From: an uncultured delta proteobacterium
GTDB taxonomy: Bacteria > Desulfobacterota > Desulfobacteria > Desulfobacterales > UBA2156
Assembly: GCA_963736855.1 (NCBI GenBank)
Contig: CAVTQK010000015.1
Location: forward strand, 1 to 64,000
Direction: 5' to 3'
DNA length: 64,000 bases
The position numbers were made by a program, and so were the translations under genes. Under the pieces are notes generated by a model. It did no database searches. It had not been told where the DNA came from and saw nothing but the letters and a program-made list of their open reading frames with translations. This document shows, in pieces, positions 9,032-18,674 of this stretch. Position 1 is the stretch's first letter. The number at the start of each line of letters is the position of its first letter.

Positions 9032-10351
9032 TCATTTGTTTCGGTAGTATAGACGATATAATCGATCGGGTTTTATACCTATTAGAAATCCCACAATCAT
9101 GCATTGATTGATTAAGGTTGTCCGAATCACTCCCAACCGCCGCCAACGGCGTGCGGAAGTGATTACTTGTTCGGAGAGAGTCACAATAGAGCCGCGACGG
9201 CGAAGGCGACTCAATAGTTCAAAATCCTCCATGATGGGTAACGGCTTGAATCCACCCATCTCATCGAATACACGTTTCATCATAAAAATCCCCTGGTCGC
9301 CGTAAGGCCAGCGCAGGACGATGGATCGAAAGTTTGCAAGCCATGCTACGAGGCGCATGGCCAAACCGGAGTCATCGGTTTGAAATCGAAAAGCGCCGGC
9401 AACAACGGATGGATTGCCCAATGCCCTACGGATCAGTAATGCATATTGATCCGGCAGCATTGTGTCCGCGTGTAAAAAAAGGAGTATTCGACCTTTGGCA
9501 GCAGCGGCGCCTGCATTCATCTGTGCGGCCTTTCCGCCGTTAACAACCAATACGACAGCACCCAGACGCGAAGCAATTTCACACGTGGCGTCTTGACTTC
9601 CACCATCCGCAACAATAATTTCAACACCCTGTGAGTTGTGAACGGAAGATAGCGTCCTGCCGATCACAGCGGCTTCGTTGAACGTAGGAATGACAATTGA
9701 AATCAAGGTGTTCTCATCAAAGACGTCCTTGAATCGTGGATCGTCGCGGATTATTGAAAGATCCTGGGGGAGATCCACATCATTGAGTTTCGGCAACTCG
9801 GCTAAAGTCAATCCCTGACGGCTGATTGCAGCACACGTCTGCTCAAATACATGTTGGGTTCCCCAATCGATAGCAGCGAATAATTCAGGTCGAAAACACC
9901 TCATCCCGATCAGGTAGTATCCACCATCTGCCGCCGGGCCGAGAACAACATCTTTTTCATGCAGGGCATCCATGGCTTGAAGCAGGATTTCGATGGATAT
10001 TCCAGGGATGTCGCAACCGACGGCAAGCACTTTTTGGGCTCTTGCGCGGAAGGCTATCTCGAAAGCCCGATGCAAGCGGGTGCCGAGATCACCGCGTGAC
10101 TGCGCAGCATAATGGTTATCGTCTCCCAACCAGGCTAAAAATTTCTTTCGCCGAGCCCCCGTGAAGCAGATCGTGATATCGCTACCACCACGATCGGAAG
10201 CGGCGCGTGCAACCGCTATTGCATGCTCTGTCATGCGACGAGACAACCTCGCCGCGCCTTCCGCTCCCAATGTAGGGATAAGTCGGGTTTTTGTCTGCCC
10301 AGGTGTGGGGTACCGGGAGAAAATCAGAAGGTTGATCCCACTTTCTTTCAT
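9032..10351 (-). CDS. Fusion of two glycosyltransferases: DUF2064/TIGR04282-type plus GT2/TIGR04283-type
   Basis: N-terminal half has PGQTKTRL, GDLGTRL, VVLGPAADGGYYLIG and DVD. C-terminal half has ISIVIPTFNE, DGGS, FLHAD, YGDQG, MEDFE and TSARRW. Confidence 0.88.
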   Translation of the reverse strand: MKESGINLLIFSRYPTPGQTKTRLIPTLGAEGAARLSRRMTEHAIAVARAASDRGGSDITICFTGARRKKFLAWLGDDNHYAAQSRGDLGTRLHRAFEIAFRARAQKVLAVGCDIPGISIEILLQAMDALHEKDVVLGPAADGGYYLIGMRCFRPELFAAIDWGTQHVFEQTCAAISRQGLTLAELPKLNDVDLPQDLSIIRDDPRFKDVFDENTLISIVIPTFNEAAVIGRTLSSVHNSQGVEIIVADGGSQDATCEIASRLGAVVLVVNGGKAAQMNAGAAAAKGRILLFLHADTMLPDQYALLIRRALGNPSVVAGAFRFQTDDSGLAMRLVAWLANFRSIVLRWPYGDQGIFMMKRVFDEMGGFKPLPIMEDFELLSRLRRRGSIVTLSEQVITSARRWRRLGVIRTTLINQCMIVGFLIGIKPDRLYRLYYRNK

Positions 10352-10352
10352 C

Positions 10353-11513
10353 CTATTTTTTCGCTCCGGTATGTTTAAACTGGCTAAGATACCGTTTATC
10401 GAGCCACTGCTTTATTCGAAACGCAATACGGCCTGATGCTACGAATTTTCCACGAACCAGCAACCCGGTCTCATCTCCAAGGTTCAGAATCAGCACAAAC
10501 TGTTTTTGCGGTTTAAAAATGCGCGTTCGTCCGCCAAGCAATGAAACGAGCAGATTCTTGAACAAAACGGGACCTTGCCGGACGGCATAAACACCTACGC
10601 GCATGAGTGGACGGGGTTGAAAGCAGATGCAGTCGCCACCACCAAACACATCCGGATGTGAGCGTGACTGTAAATGATTATCCACCAACAATGCTCCCTC
10701 CCCATTGGTAGCCAGATCCGAGTATTTCAATAAGTCCGGCGGTTGCACGCCGGTAGCCAGGACCATAATATCAGCTTCTTCCCGCGAGTTGTCTTCAAAC
10801 ACGAGAGCATTGTCGCTGAATCCTGAAACACGTCTTCCGGTTTGAACAGCAATATCATTCTTTCGGCACCAAGCTTCCATCTGTTCTCCCGCCGCTGTTG
10901 TCAGCCCGGGGAGCAATCGTTCTCCTTCGGTGAGCAATCGGATTGAGGCCTTATAATCGTGCCGAAAGCATAAGGCGCGGGTGTTAGCCGCTGTCTCGCA
11001 TCCAGCGGGGCCGCCCCCCACAATCAAGATTCGAACCGTGTGCGCAGCTCCAAAATTGAGTATATGCTTCCGCATCTCCAGAAAGCGTGACACCGGTTTG
11101 ACTGTAAACAAACGGTTGCATCCTGTATTCGCGTGTGCCGTCGCCACTTCACTGCCGATGTTCAAGGACAGCGCCTCATAGGGCAGTTGCTCACCACCTG
11201 ACGTCATTACGTAATGCTTATCTGCATGGATCGACGTCACCCGGTCTTCAATAAAACGTCCTCCGCGTGATTCCACCATCGCTTGGATGTCCACGGTCGC
11301 ATCTTCTATTTCGTACTGCTCGGAAAGCAGACCAGGCCCCATACCGGAATACCAGAACGGAGCCGGGGATATTACGGTTACGGAGATCCCACGCCGGGTG
11401 AACCTATCAAGATGCGCGAGGCTGTACAGGTGAGCATGCCCGGCGCCCACGAACACCAGTCGTTTGATTATTGATTCGGAATCAGGCATTGATTGCATCA
11501 TCTCCGTTGCCAT
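10353..11513 (-). CDS. FAD-dependent pyridine-nucleotide oxidoreductase (NDH-2/AIF-like; resembles the domain found N-terminal to SelD)
   Basis: VGAGHAH, YSGMGPG, VGGGPAGCE, GGDC, GVYAVRQGP and KQWLDKRY motifs. Exact start uncertain. Confidence 0.8.
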   Translation of the reverse strand: MATEMMQSMPDSESIIKRLVFVGAGHAHLYSLAHLDRFTRRGISVTVISPAPFWYSGMGPGLLSEQYEIEDATVDIQAMVESRGGRFIEDRVTSIHADKHYVMTSGGEQLPYEALSLNIGSEVATAHANTGCNRLFTVKPVSRFLEMRKHILNFGAAHTVRILIVGGGPAGCETAANTRALCFRHDYKASIRLLTEGERLLPGLTTAAGEQMEAWCRKNDIAVQTGRRVSGFSDNALVFEDNSREEADIMVLATGVQPPDLLKYSDLATNGEGALLVDNHLQSRSHPDVFGGGDCICFQPRPLMRVGVYAVRQGPVLFKNLLVSLLGGRTRIFKPQKQFVLILNLGDETGLLVRGKFVASGRIAFRIKQWLDKRYLSQFKHTGAKK

Positions 11514-13033
11514 TTAAGCCACTGCTTCAGCAACAATGCGACAAGGGGCGTCAACCGGGAGCGGTTGTAAGCGTCGGCCACCTGCCGGATGGCCTCCGTC
11601 TGGGTCGGGTAAGGGTGAATGGTATTGGCAATTTGCTTCAGACCCAGACCATGGGTCATGGCAAGAGTAATTTCGGATATCATATCACCGGCGTTGGAAG
11701 CCACAATGGTGGCCCCGATGATTTTATCCGTTTTCTTGCGCACATGGACTCGTACCAACCCGTTGGTCCGGCCCTCAAGAATCGACCGGTCGACTTCGTC
11801 AAGCTTCCGAGTGAAAGTGTCGATTTCGATTCCCTGCTCCTGTGCCTGTTTCTCATACAGCCCGACATGGGCGATTTCCGGTTCCGTGTAGGTGCACCAG
11901 GGGATGGTCAATGCACCGGCCTTGGCGCGGCCGAATAACAACGCGTTGCGAATGACGATGCGCGCCATGAAATCGGCCGCATGGGTAAATTGATAAGGCG
12001 AGCAAATATCGCCGGCCGCATAAATATCCGGGTTGGTCGTTTGAAGCTGATCATTGACCTGGACGCCTTTTCGGGTAAAGGCAACACCCGCTTTTTTCAA
12101 GCCGAGATTCTCAACATTCGGCGCTCGCCCCACAGCGACCAGCAATTGATCGACAGCTTCATCATACTCTTTCCCGTGGGATTCAACGATAAGACGTGTT
12201 TTCCCGCCATCGCCCCTGGACAGCTTCAGATCTTTTCCGCAACACAGCAGCTTCACGCCGTCTTTGCGCATGGACTCCAGAACAATGTCTGAAGCGTCTC
12301 TGTCTTCCCTGGGCAGGATGCCGTGCAGGGTTTCCACTAGAAACACTTCCGAACCGAAGCGGGAAAAAGATTGTGCCATCTCACAGCCGATAGGCCCGGC
12401 GCCGATGACGGCCAGTCGCTTGGGTAGCTCGGTCAGGGAAAAGACGGTTTCGTTGGTTAGGTAGGAAACCGCCTCCAGCCCTTCGATGGGCGGCGCCATG
12501 GCCCGTGCACCGGTGGCGATGACCGCTTTTTTGAAGGACAGCCGTTTGCCGGAGACCTCAACCGTGCGGGCATCGATAAACCGTCCTTCACCGATAAACA
12601 CGTCGATCCCCAGGTCACTGAACCGCTTGACCGAGTCGTGGGGGGCGATCGATGCCCGCAGACGGCGCATGCGTTCCATGGCTTGGCCGAAATCAATTTT
12701 TACGCCATCCGGAACGTGCACGCCGAACGCTCCGGCATCCCTCACAGCGGCTGCTGCGCGGGCCGCACTGATCACGGCCTTGGACGGCACGCAGCCGACA
12801 TTCAGGCAATCGCCGCCCATCAGGTGACGCTCAACCAAGGCGACCTTGGCCCCCAGGCCGGCGGCTCCGGCCGCGCACACGAGTCCTGCCGTTCCAGCGC
12901 CGATGACAACCAGGTTGTAACGTGACGCGGGTTTGGGGTTCTTCCAATCAGCCGGATGAGCATGCGATGCCAGCTGTTGGTTATGCTTGTCCCACGGGAA
13001 TAATATATTTTGATCATTTTCATCTTTTAACAT
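11498..13033 (-). CDS. Mercuric-reductase-like flavoprotein disulfide reductase (lacks the MerA metal-binding cysteines)
   Basis: GAGTAG, GGDCLNVGCVPSK and HPYPT. No NmerA domain and no C-terminal CC pair. Start placed at MLKDEND behind GGAGG. Confidence 0.82.
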   Translation of the reverse strand: MLKDENDQNILFPWDKHNQQLASHAHPADWKNPKPASRYNLVVIGAGTAGLVCAAGAAGLGAKVALVERHLMGGDCLNVGCVPSKAVISAARAAAAVRDAGAFGVHVPDGVKIDFGQAMERMRRLRASIAPHDSVKRFSDLGIDVFIGEGRFIDARTVEVSGKRLSFKKAVIATGARAMAPPIEGLEAVSYLTNETVFSLTELPKRLAVIGAGPIGCEMAQSFSRFGSEVFLVETLHGILPREDRDASDIVLESMRKDGVKLLCCGKDLKLSRGDGGKTRLIVESHGKEYDEAVDQLLVAVGRAPNVENLGLKKAGVAFTRKGVQVNDQLQTTNPDIYAAGDICSPYQFTHAADFMARIVIRNALLFGRAKAGALTIPWCTYTEPEIAHVGLYEKQAQEQGIEIDTFTRKLDEVDRSILEGRTNGLVRVHVRKKTDKIIGATIVASNAGDMISEITLAMTHGLGLKQIANTIHPYPTQTEAIRQVADAYNRSRLTPLVALLLKQWLKWQRR

Positions 13034-13081
13034 TGACATCCTCCCATGGTCCATCCGTTGTTTGTTTCCCGGATGATTCTT

Positions 13082-13656
13082 CTACTGCTCATTCAATGAC
13101 CAGTCATAATCCAGGTACTTGACCGAATACCCTCCTGACGAGAGAAAGTTACTGTCTGGGGAGGTAAGGTATGAGCTGCAAAAGTGTGCAACCGCACGCT
13201 CTGTTTTGTCGAGTCCGGTGAATTCGGCGGCCGGTGAGTACCTGGCACGGTCTTGTCGAAAAGTCTTACGACCGGCTGATCCCAAGGTCCTTTGAAGAAG
13301 CTGCCGATGTCCTTGATGCTCTTGACCGGATAGTGATCAACAATCAGCTTAAGGGTGGCAGCATTGTAGAGGTTGATCAGGAACGCAAGTCGCTGCGATT
13401 CCGTCCAGGAGTTGAATTGTTCTTCCGGAACCCCGGCGGCGCTGTCCAGGTAAGACGCCAGTGCTTTGGGGGCATTTTTCAGGCCGCTATAGTTCACTCG
13501 GCCATCTGCGACGTATGTCTTCAAAACCTTGTTATAGGTCTCATACGTCTGGTCGAACGCCTGGGCCGATACAGAGCCTGCCGAGCTTGCCAAGATTGTG
13601 GCCAGAAGAAATGCGGCTATGCGAGGGAGAGAAACTGTGTGTATAAAAGGTTTAAT
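13082..13656 (-). pseudogene. DUF547-family exported protein with an internal deletion and frameshift
   Basis: N-terminal part (LAFLINLYNAATLKLI...GPWDQP) is in one frame; the family-typical C-terminus YLDYDWSLNE is in another. The central ALVCAxxGCP region is absent. An AAGGAG RBS precedes ATT (13656), not ATG. Confidence 0.75.
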
Positions 13657-13697
13657 GGGCGGTCTCCTTGTGGAAGTTCGGCATGATTCAAGCTTCC

Positions 13698-14414
13698 TTA
13701 ACCCTCCGAAGCCGTCCCGAATTTCCGTTTAAAAACCGGCAGCAGTTTTTTTGCTGCAATCGGTAAGAGGCCCAGTACCACAAAGGAGATCAATAACTCC
13801 GGCGACAGGATGCCGGACAGGGAATCGATTTTGGCCAGTTCCTTACCGGCATTGACATATACGATGGTTCCGGCCAGCATGCCGATTTGCGACACCCAAA
13901 AAAAGGTGAATAACCGCATCCGTGTGAGTCCCATGAGCAGGTTGATTACAAAAAAGGGAAAAATCGGAACCAGGCGAAGGGAGAAAAGATAAAGGGCACC
14001 TTCCTTTTCAATTCCGTCGTTGATCGTTACAAGCTTGTCGCCGAATTTTTTCTGGACCCATTCCCTCAGGAGAAAGCGTGAGATAAAACAGGCCAGGGTG
14101 GCCCCGATGGTGCTGGCAAAGGAAACTGCCACGGTTCCGATGGTCAGACCGAACAGCCCGCCACTTGCCAGGGTAAGCACTGCGGCGCCGGGTAGCGACA
14201 GGGCGGCAACCGCAACGTAGATACCCATATAGGCGGCAATGACGATAAGACGGTGAGATAGGTAGAGGGATTGAAATTTTGCTTTGGACGTCTTGATGTA
14301 CTCCAGGGAAAGATATTGTCCCAAGTCAAAATATCGGAAGGCGACGATGCCAAGCGCTATGAGCCCGACCACAAGAACCTTGCCAAGCCATTTTTTCCTG
14401 TTTGTCTGGGTCAT
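13698..14414 (-). CDS. TVP38/TMEM64 (DedA / SNARE-associated VTT) membrane protein
   Basis: LSLPGAAVLTL, STIGATLA, LRLVPIFPFFVINL and VSQIGML motifs. Confidence 0.9.
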   Translation of the reverse strand: MTQTNRKKWLGKVLVVGLIALGIVAFRYFDLGQYLSLEYIKTSKAKFQSLYLSHRLIVIAAYMGIYVAVAALSLPGAAVLTLASGGLFGLTIGTVAVSFASTIGATLACFISRFLLREWVQKKFGDKLVTINDGIEKEGALYLFSLRLVPIFPFFVINLLMGLTRMRLFTFFWVSQIGMLAGTIVYVNAGKELAKIDSLSGILSPELLISFVVLGLLPIAAKKLLPVFKRKFGTASEG

Positions 14415-14426
14415 CGTGTCTTATCC

Positions 14427-14977
14427 TTAAACGGCCTTACCATCCGCACTCAGCATATAACGCAAAACGCGGACCAGCTTTTCTTTGGAGGGAATCGCCA
14501 AAAGCCAGTGCCGGTGTCCCGGGGAATGCACCGCTTCCATACTTGAGATATGCCGCGCAAGTTCGGTATGGTTTTCCATAAACCACTCGAAGCGCTTCTT
14601 GAATCCCGGCAGCCGGTCGATGGTTTCTTTTTCCAGGACCGTTACGGCAATGAGAGGCAGAAGTCCGACCATAGACCTGACCTTCAGATGGATCGGTTTC
14701 CCGCCGTCCACCTGGATCTGGTCGTAGTAGAGACCGTCTTCCTCGTCCCACAGACCACACCCACCCAGCTTGTTCATGGCGTCACTGATTTGGACAAAAT
14801 GCTCGAAAAACTTCGAAGCCATGTCTCCGCAGGCGACCCGTAGCTTTTCACCGTCATGCACAAGCTCCATGGCCATAGCCATCATCGTGAGACTATAAAA
14901 GGCCCCCAGCGCTTCCAGTTTTTCGACAGCGTCGTATCTTCAGCCATACGAATCATTTCTAAATTAATTGGATTCAT
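14427..14977 (-). pseudogene. MGH1/GH63-like glucosidase remnant
   Basis: N-terminus M...SKNWKRWGP (ATG 14977) is joined out of frame to a mid-protein block (AFYSLTMMAMAMEL...KFFEHF...GLWDEEDGLYYD...KVRSMVGLLPL...LRYML), which is then truncated. Confidence 0.75.
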
Positions 14978-15706
14978 GGATGGCCGCACTTCCCCTTCAG
15001 GTTTTGGCATGTGGTTCCGGAACTGGCTGCGATAATAAGAAAATCAGCCCATCGAAGTTATCCCGACTGCGGATCCGGCCGTGACGCAAAACTACTTTAT
15101 ATAGGGGCTCGATTTGAGTGCTCCTTCACAACCAATTCATTGAATCCAATAGGCACCATTTTCCGGTTTTTCACTGATGTCTTGCTCTCAAGATAAGATT
15201 CTAATTCCTTAAACGTTCCATAACCTATGGCCTACTTTCTGGGGGTTCCCAACGGTCGCTATTAAAAAGCAGATCGACAGTTTCGATGATAAAATTTTTA
15301 AAGGATTTACAAAACCGGCCTCATCATGTCCACAGCACACTAATTGTTGAGTCGAATTGAACCGCTGTTTGGATCCTGGTCCTTTTTCTGAAAAAAATCT
15401 TTGAATCAACCTAAATTTAATCTACAATACTATATAAAATTATACAATTATTAAGAGATAACATCTTTATATAATTACCGTTTTTCTGCTTGATTTTCAT
15501 TTCCAGTTGTCTTTGTGCATAGAGCGTCAGAATGGTCCCGTAAAAGTATGTCAGATTGGTGCCGATCTGCTTGCTGGTTATGGATTCGTTGTCGATTCTT
15601 AGATTCCACAATTGGCTTCCTCTCCATCATTCAAACTTGGTCGTGAGTTTCATATTGTTTTTCCCATGGACACGGCTTGGAAGTGATGAGTTTTTGATTT
15701 TCTCCC

Positions 15707-15889
15707 ATGGGACATGTCCGAAGAATTCTGGGGCATGAAAATCGCAAGACCGCTGAACTGTATCTTCACAGCATTGGGGATTTGGAACGACAAGCAATCA
15801 CCGCCTACGAGCGGGCACGACAAAAGTCTCACACAGATTCTCATACTGGAGAGAGCGACAAAAAAGGGGCTAAGCCATGCGTTGGCTAA
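15707..15889 (+). pseudogene. C-terminal stub of a tyrosine recombinase (integrase)
   Basis: RRILGHENRKTAELYLH matches the LGH...T..Y box II motif. It points toward the tRNA 3' end; the rest of the gene is missing. Confidence 0.8.
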
Positions 15890-15895
15890 CCCCTT
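15860..15895 (-). terminator. Intrinsic terminator downstream of tRNA-Ala
   Basis: Minus-strand stem AAGGGGTTAGCCA / TGGCTTAGCCCC followed by a T run. Confidence 0.65.
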
Positions 15896-15913
15896 ATTTT
15901 GATTTGAATTTTT

Positions 15914-15989
15914 TGGTGGAGCTGAGGGGGATCGAACCCCTGACCTCATGACTGCCAGTCATGCGCTCTCCCAGCTGAGCTACAGCCCC
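15914..15989 (-). tRNA. tRNA-Ala (anticodon GGC)
   Basis: GGGGCTGTAGCTCAGCTGGGAGAGCGCATGACTGGCAGTCATGAGGTCAGGGGTTCGATCCCCCTCAGCTCCACCA: 76 nt, encoded CCA, G3:U70 Ala determinant. Confidence 0.97.
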
Positions 15990-16040
15990 AAAAATAAAAA
16001 AACTTTTTAGCATCGGATGAGAAGCCTGTCAATCCCTTTT

Positions 16041-16194
16041 GATGGCTTCGTAAAAAGTCCATCTGCTGCGTTGCACTGCATCCTTCGTCATTGGGGCGTA
16101 CCCCATATGTACGCCTCATTCCTCAGGATTTGCGCGCCTTGCATCTGAAGCTTTTTACTTTGCCATCCTAATTTTGAGTTTTTACGATTTCATC
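16041..16194. mobile_element. 154-bp MITE, family A copy 1
   Basis: Left end GATGGCTTCGTAAAAAG; doubled right end (16151-16167 and 16178-16194); 6-bp TSD CCTTTT at 16035-16040 and 16195-16200. Confidence 0.85.
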
Positions 16195-16478
16195 CCTTTT
16201 CCGCCCGATTTTTTAAAAGGCGTTACTTCGGATAATTTTTTTAGGGGGAATGTGCTTTGGTTGAACCGGTTTCCCAGTATGCTTGAAAAACAGAGGCGGG
16301 CATGGGAAATGGTTGACAAAAATGGGTATCAACCATAAACTATGCATGATTTTAACAAAGCGAAACCATACATTTTTTAACACGGGCTGTTTTGAGACCA
16401 TCAGGCAGGAAGATCATGGATCCGATAGGCTATACTAGAAAACCCGCCTCTCCGGGGCGGACCAAATCGACCGGGGGG

Positions 16479-16664
16479 ATGTACCGGGAATTTGACGCCA
16501 CTGAGCTTTATTGCCCTCGATGTCGAAGGGCGGTTCCGGTTCGAAAACGGCTCTTGCTCGTTTTGCCGGAAGGAGATAAATACGAGTACCTGTGTGCGTA
16601 TTGCTCGGAATCGGTGGGAACCAAGATCGACCGGCAGCAGAAGCCTTTGTCGCTGATTGTTTAA
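16479..16664 (+). CDS. Small zinc-ribbon protein
   Basis: CPRC...CAYC in 61 aa. Start may be further upstream (16416). Confidence 0.65.
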   Translation: MYREFDATELYCPRCRRAVPVRKRLLLVLPEGDKYEYLCAYCSESVGTKIDRQQKPLSLIV

Positions 16665-16761
16665 AAGGCGATCCTGCGACGTCAGAGGGTCGGAATTAAC
16701 CGAACATTTCCCACTTCTGAAATCAACTTGAAACCGCATATATAAAGTACTGGAATAGATT

Positions 16762-18654
16762 ATGTTGCATCTCATGCGCAAACATGCCGGCTCCATGATG
16801 ATCAAAATCCTCTTGGGTGCCATTGTCGTCGTGTTCGTGTTCTGGGGAATCGGCAGCTTCCGGGAGCGAAGGGCGGGGCGGGTAGCCTTAGTCAACGGGG
16901 AACCGATCAGCGTGACGGAATATCGGGAAGCCTACGGCAACCTGATCCAGCGACTTCGAACCACCTTCGGCAATAGCCTTGATGAAGCGATGATCGAGCA
17001 ACTCAAGGTCAAGCAGCAGGCCCTTAACCAGCTTATCGAGCAGAGGCTTCTAATCCAGGAGGCGGAAAGACTCCGCCTGGCCATTTCCAATAATGAATTG
17101 GCAGGAGCTATTAGAGGCATCACGGCCTTTCAGTCGAACGGTTCTTTTGACAGCCGGTTGTATCGCAGGGTATTGGACCTGAACCGAATGACACCGGAAG
17201 CTTTTGAGGAGCTTCAGAAACGGTCCATGCTGGTCGAGAGGCTCGAACGTTTTGTTGCCGACGGGGTCAAGGTCTCCGATCCGGAGACCGATGCATGGAT
17301 TTCCTGGCAGAATACATCGGTAAACATCCAGTACGTCATTTTTGAACCCGGTGCTCATAAGGACATTGTTTTTTCAAAGGAAGAAATCGAAGCGTTTTTT
17401 AAAGAGAATGCATCCGCTTATCAGACGGAGGAACAAATTAAAGCCCGGTATGTGTTGTTTGATCCGAAGCCGTATCAGGGGCAGGTGGCCCTGACGGAAG
17501 AAGATCTGAAGGAATATTATGATGCCAACTCCGAAGCGTTTACAACCCCCAAGACCGTGGAAGCCCGGCATATCCTGATCAAAACAAATCCGGCCGACCC
17601 GCCGGAACTTATTGAAGAAAAAAGGAAGAAGCTTGAAGGCATTCTTCAGCGGGTTCAAAAGGGGGAAGATTTTGCAACGCTTGCAAAAGTCTACTCCGAA
17701 GATTCCAGCAAGGAATCGGGCGGCCTCATCGGTCCGTTTCAAAAGGAAATGATGGTCGAGCCTTTTGCGGAAGCGGCTTTTTCTCTAAAGCCGGGAGAAG
17801 TCAGCAACCTGGTTCGCACCCAGTTTGGGTGGCATATCATTAAGGTGGAAAAAGTCAATGAAGCCAAAACCCTGTCTTTTGCCGATGCAAAAGAGGGGAT
17901 TCAGAAAAAGCTTTTTGAAGAAAAGGCAAAGAATCTGACGTATGACGCTGCGGAGGCTCTATATAATAAGCTGATCGGCGGAGCCGATTTCGTAAAAGCA
18001 GCCGAGGATATGAAACTAAATGTCATCACCACCGGCTTTTTTACACGAAAAGAACCCCCTGCCGAACTGGCCGATCCGGCGGCTTTTGCATCCACAGCCT
18101 TTGGGCTTCAATCGGGTGAAACCAGCGACGTCCATGAAATGAAGGGTCTCTATTATATCCTCCAGGTCGTAGAAAAGGCTCCACCCAAAATTCCCGACCT
18201 TCCCACGGTATTGGACCGAGTCAAGAGCGATTTTGAAAAGAAGAAGCAATGGGAGAAGGCTCAGGCGGATGCGGAGGCATTTCTTCTGGCGGTGAAAAAC
18301 GGAAAGCCTTTCGAGGACCAGGCGAAGGTGCAAAATTTGAAGGTGACTTCTTCCGGTTTTTTTAAACGGAACGATCCGATTCCCACCATCGGACATGCAC
18401 CGGAAGTCGTAAGAGCCGCCTTCGAACTGACTCCGGATCGACGGATCGCCCCAAAGGCAATTAAGGAGGAAAAGGGCTGTTTCGCGATTGTTCTGGTTGA
18501 AAGAACAGTCAGTGCACCGACCGATGCAGCGGCGGAGAAGGAAAAAATCAAAGGGTTGCTCGGGAGACAAAAACAGATGCTTGCCTTTAAAACCCTGGTC
18601 TCCCAGCTCAAGAGTCAAGCCGATATTTCCGTAGAAGAAGGGTTTAACGAATAA
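16762..18654 (+). CDS. ppiD: PpiD/SurA-N-domain peptidyl-prolyl isomerase
   Basis: N-terminal TM anchor (VFVFWGIG), VNGEPIS, parvulin ARHILI...FATLAKVYSED...VRTQFGWHIIKV. Confidence 0.88.
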   Translation: MLHLMRKHAGSMMIKILLGAIVVVFVFWGIGSFRERRAGRVALVNGEPISVTEYREAYGNLIQRLRTTFGNSLDEAMIEQLKVKQQALNQLIEQRLLIQEAERLRLAISNNELAGAIRGITAFQSNGSFDSRLYRRVLDLNRMTPEAFEELQKRSMLVERLERFVADGVKVSDPETDAWISWQNTSVNIQYVIFEPGAHKDIVFSKEEIEAFFKENASAYQTEEQIKARYVLFDPKPYQGQVALTEEDLKEYYDANSEAFTTPKTVEARHILIKTNPADPPELIEEKRKKLEGILQRVQKGEDFATLAKVYSEDSSKESGGLIGPFQKEMMVEPFAEAAFSLKPGEVSNLVRTQFGWHIIKVEKVNEAKTLSFADAKEGIQKKLFEEKAKNLTYDAAEALYNKLIGGADFVKAAEDMKLNVITTGFFTRKEPPAELADPAAFASTAFGLQSGETSDVHEMKGLYYILQVVEKAPPKIPDLPTVLDRVKSDFEKKKQWEKAQADAEAFLLAVKNGKPFEDQAKVQNLKVTSSGFFKRNDPIPTIGHAPEVVRAAFELTPDRRIAPKAIKEEKGCFAIVLVERTVSAPTDAAAEKEKIKGLLGRQKQMLAFKTLVSQLKSQADISVEEGFNE

Positions 18655-18674
18655 TTGTTTTCACAAAACGGGTT

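Noticed and set aside
11498..13033. True mercury resistance gene merA
   Set aside because: No C-terminal CC pair, no NmerA domain and no merR, merT or merP nearby.
15077..15110. c-di-GMP-I (GEMM) riboswitch, suggested by GGCCGTGACGCAAAACTAC
   Set aside because: The 5' GGCAAA and tetraloop stem are missing and no gene follows; at most a remnant.
15209..15611. Short minus-strand ORFs near the integrase stub
   Set aside because: AT-rich and without recognisable motifs; likely debris.
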